Source: Macrostomum lignano
Taxonomy: Eukaryota
Assembly (NCBI GenBank): GCA_002269645.1
Contig: NIVC01000084.1
Location: 930,001 to 994,000 of the forward strand
Length of the DNA stretch: 64,000 nucleotides
Direction of reading: 5' to 3'
Shown: one piece after another, positions 61,815 to 64,000 of the stretch
How the letters are laid out: each line of letters starts with the position of its first letter
Position numbering within the stretch: the stretch's first letter is position 1
Program-made: the position numbers and the translations under genes
The notes under the pieces: generated by a model
Databases searched by the model: none
Told to the model about the DNA's origin: nothing
Seen by the model: the letters and a program-made list of their open reading frames with translations, nothing else

Positions 61815-63270
61815 CTGTCTATGACACAAACTGTCTATGACACAAACTAAAGTGTCTACGACACAAACTGTCTATGACACAAACTGTCTATGACACAAAC
61901 TGTCTATGACACAAACTGTCTATGACACAGATAGACTGTCTATGACTCAAACTGTCTATGACACAAACTGTCTATGACACAAACTGTCTATGACACAAAC
62001 TAAAGTGTCTATGACACAAACTGTCTATGACACAAACTGTCTATGACACAAACTAAAGTGTCTATGACACAAACTGTCTATGACACAAACTGTCTATGAC
62101 ACAAACTGTCTATGACACAAACTGTCTATGACACAAACTGTCTATGACACAGATAGACTGTCTATGACTCAAACTGTCTATGACTCAAACTGTCTATGAC
62201 ACAAAATGTCTACGACACAAACTATCTATGACACAAACTGTCTACGACACAAACTATCTATGACACAAACTGTCTATGACTCAAACTGTCTATGACACAA
62301 ACTGTCTATGACACAGATAGACTGTCTATGACTCAAACTGTCTATGACTCAAACTGTCTATGACACAAACTGTCTATGACTCAAACTGTCTATGACACAA
62401 ACTGTCTTATGTTATAAAATCTCAAGGACACTACAAACTGTCTATGACACAAACTGTCTTATGTTATAAAATCTCAAGGACACTACAGACTGTCTATGAC
62501 ACAAACTGTCTTATGTTATAAAATCTCAAGGACACTACAGACTGTCTATGACACAAACTGTCTTATGTTATAAAATCTCAAGGACACTACAGACTGTCTA
62601 TGACACAAACTGTCTTATGTTATAAAATCTCAAGGACACTACAGACTGTCTATGACACAAACTGTCTTATGTTATAAAATCTCAAGGACACTACAGACTG
62701 TCTATGACACAAACTGTCTATGACTCAAACTGTCTATGACACAAACTGTCTATGACACAAACTGTCTATGACACAAACTATCTATGACACAAACTGTCTA
62801 TGACTCAAACTGTCTATGACACAAACTGTCTATGACACAAACTATCTATGACACAAACTGTCTATGACTCAAACTGTCTATGACACAAACTGTCTATGAC
62901 ACAAACTATCTATGAGACAAACTGTCTATGACACAAACTGTCTATGACACAAACTGTCTATCACACAGACTATCTATGACACAAACTGTCTATGACACAA
63001 ACTGTCTATGACACAAACTGTCTATCACACAGACTATCTATGACTCAAACTGTCTATGACACAAACTGTCTATGACACAAACTATCTATGACTCAAACTG
63101 TCTATGACACAAACTGTCTATGACACAAACTATCTATGACACAAACTGTCTATGACACAAACTGTCTATGACACAAACTGTCTATCACACAGACTATCTA
63201 TGACACAAACTGTCTATGACACAAACTGTCTTATGTTATAAAATCTGAATGACACTACAGACTGTCTACA
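61815..63270. repeat. Minisatellite, 17-bp unit, with an internal 52-bp higher-order block (~62400-62700)
   Basis: TGTCTATGACACAAACT repeated. The variant ACTGTCTTATGTTATAAAATCTCAAGGACACTACAGACTGTCTATGACACAA has period 52. Confidence 0.96.
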
Positions 63271-64000
63271 CAAGCCGTTTAGTCAAGTATGGCCAAGATG
63301 AAATCTTTACTAGAATGAGATCATCTTGAAATAACATGAATAACGGGTCTTCCTCTGGTTGTTTTCGTGACTAATAAATTTTTCATTTCATTAACAACAT
63401 GCCAGGTTTTTGAGCTTATATAAATCTGCTGCCAGAACATCAGTTAGGGGATTAATAATCAGTCTTAGAAAAAGGCTTTTTTTCCTTTCATTAAAAGCCT
63501 CCTCGATACCCAGGTGCGTTTTGGCCAAAATAATCTATTTGCCTTCTTGCCTTAAAAGCAGAAAAGACACAGTCTTTTAGAAGAGGAAGAAGTGCTTTGA
63601 AGGGCTGCTCACAGCGGGAAGCCTTGCAGAGCTTTCACCGCTCAAACTATAATCCCCTGTTTTTCTGTCTCTGCAAAGCCATCACCTGCTTTAATCTTGT
63701 CTCTACAGAGCTCTCCAGAGTCTGCCTTCTTCAAGAAGCAGCCACACGTAGTTTCCCGCGCCGTTGTTGCTTTATTTGAAATGTGTTCAATAAGAGGCGG
63801 GCGTGGGCTAGATGGCGGAGGCTGGAGCAGAAAGGATGAGGCTGACTGACGAGGCGATGATTCTAAGAAAAAAGAGGGAGAAAAAATTGTTTTTTTAAAC
63901 CTACGCTGATGAAAGGTAGAGGGGCGGAGGAAGACGGGCAGGTACGGAAAAGCAACCTGAAAGGCCAGCTGCCGGCGCCACTTACCGTAATTAAAGCCCT

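Noticed and set aside
61815-63270. CRISPR-like repeat-spacer array (also considered for the 31-, 35-, 69- and 126-bp repeats)
   Set aside because: The intervening segments are identical rather than unique spacers, there are no cas genes, and the context is eukaryotic.

Overview
Eukaryotic (metazoan) genomic DNA, not prokaryotic. It has spliceosomal introns, GC-richer exons in AT-rich spacers, and about 25 mini/microsatellite arrays, most of them inside introns or between genes. This architecture suggests a free-living flatworm such as Macrostomum, but that is inference, not verified. I built gene models by hand from splice signals and phase. Minus strand: (1) a secreted protein with three tandem [42-bp mini-exon + WSC exon] cassettes using GC-AG donors, (2) a 3-exon orphan secreted protein, (3) a 4-exon Mn-CDF/MTP-type transporter with a non-canonical metal site, (4) an intronless LRR surface protein. 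Plus strand: a tight cluster of CCDC13 (5 exons), PPIL3 (intronless) and a SENP6/7-like SUMO protease (3 exons) that looks like a trans-spliced operon. Mobile DNA comprises a deleted IS630/Tc1-type element with ~330-bp TIRs, several MITE/foldback elements, a tRNA-derived SINE with a CORE-like domain and a possible solo LTR. Most long ORFs in the supplied track are artefacts of reading through satellites. There is no rRNA, no intact tRNA gene and no CRISPR array. The most striking signals are WSC exons diverging far faster than the introns beside them, a CCDC13 intron filled by an amplified copy of its own splice junction, and the minisatellite-spaced three-gene cluster.
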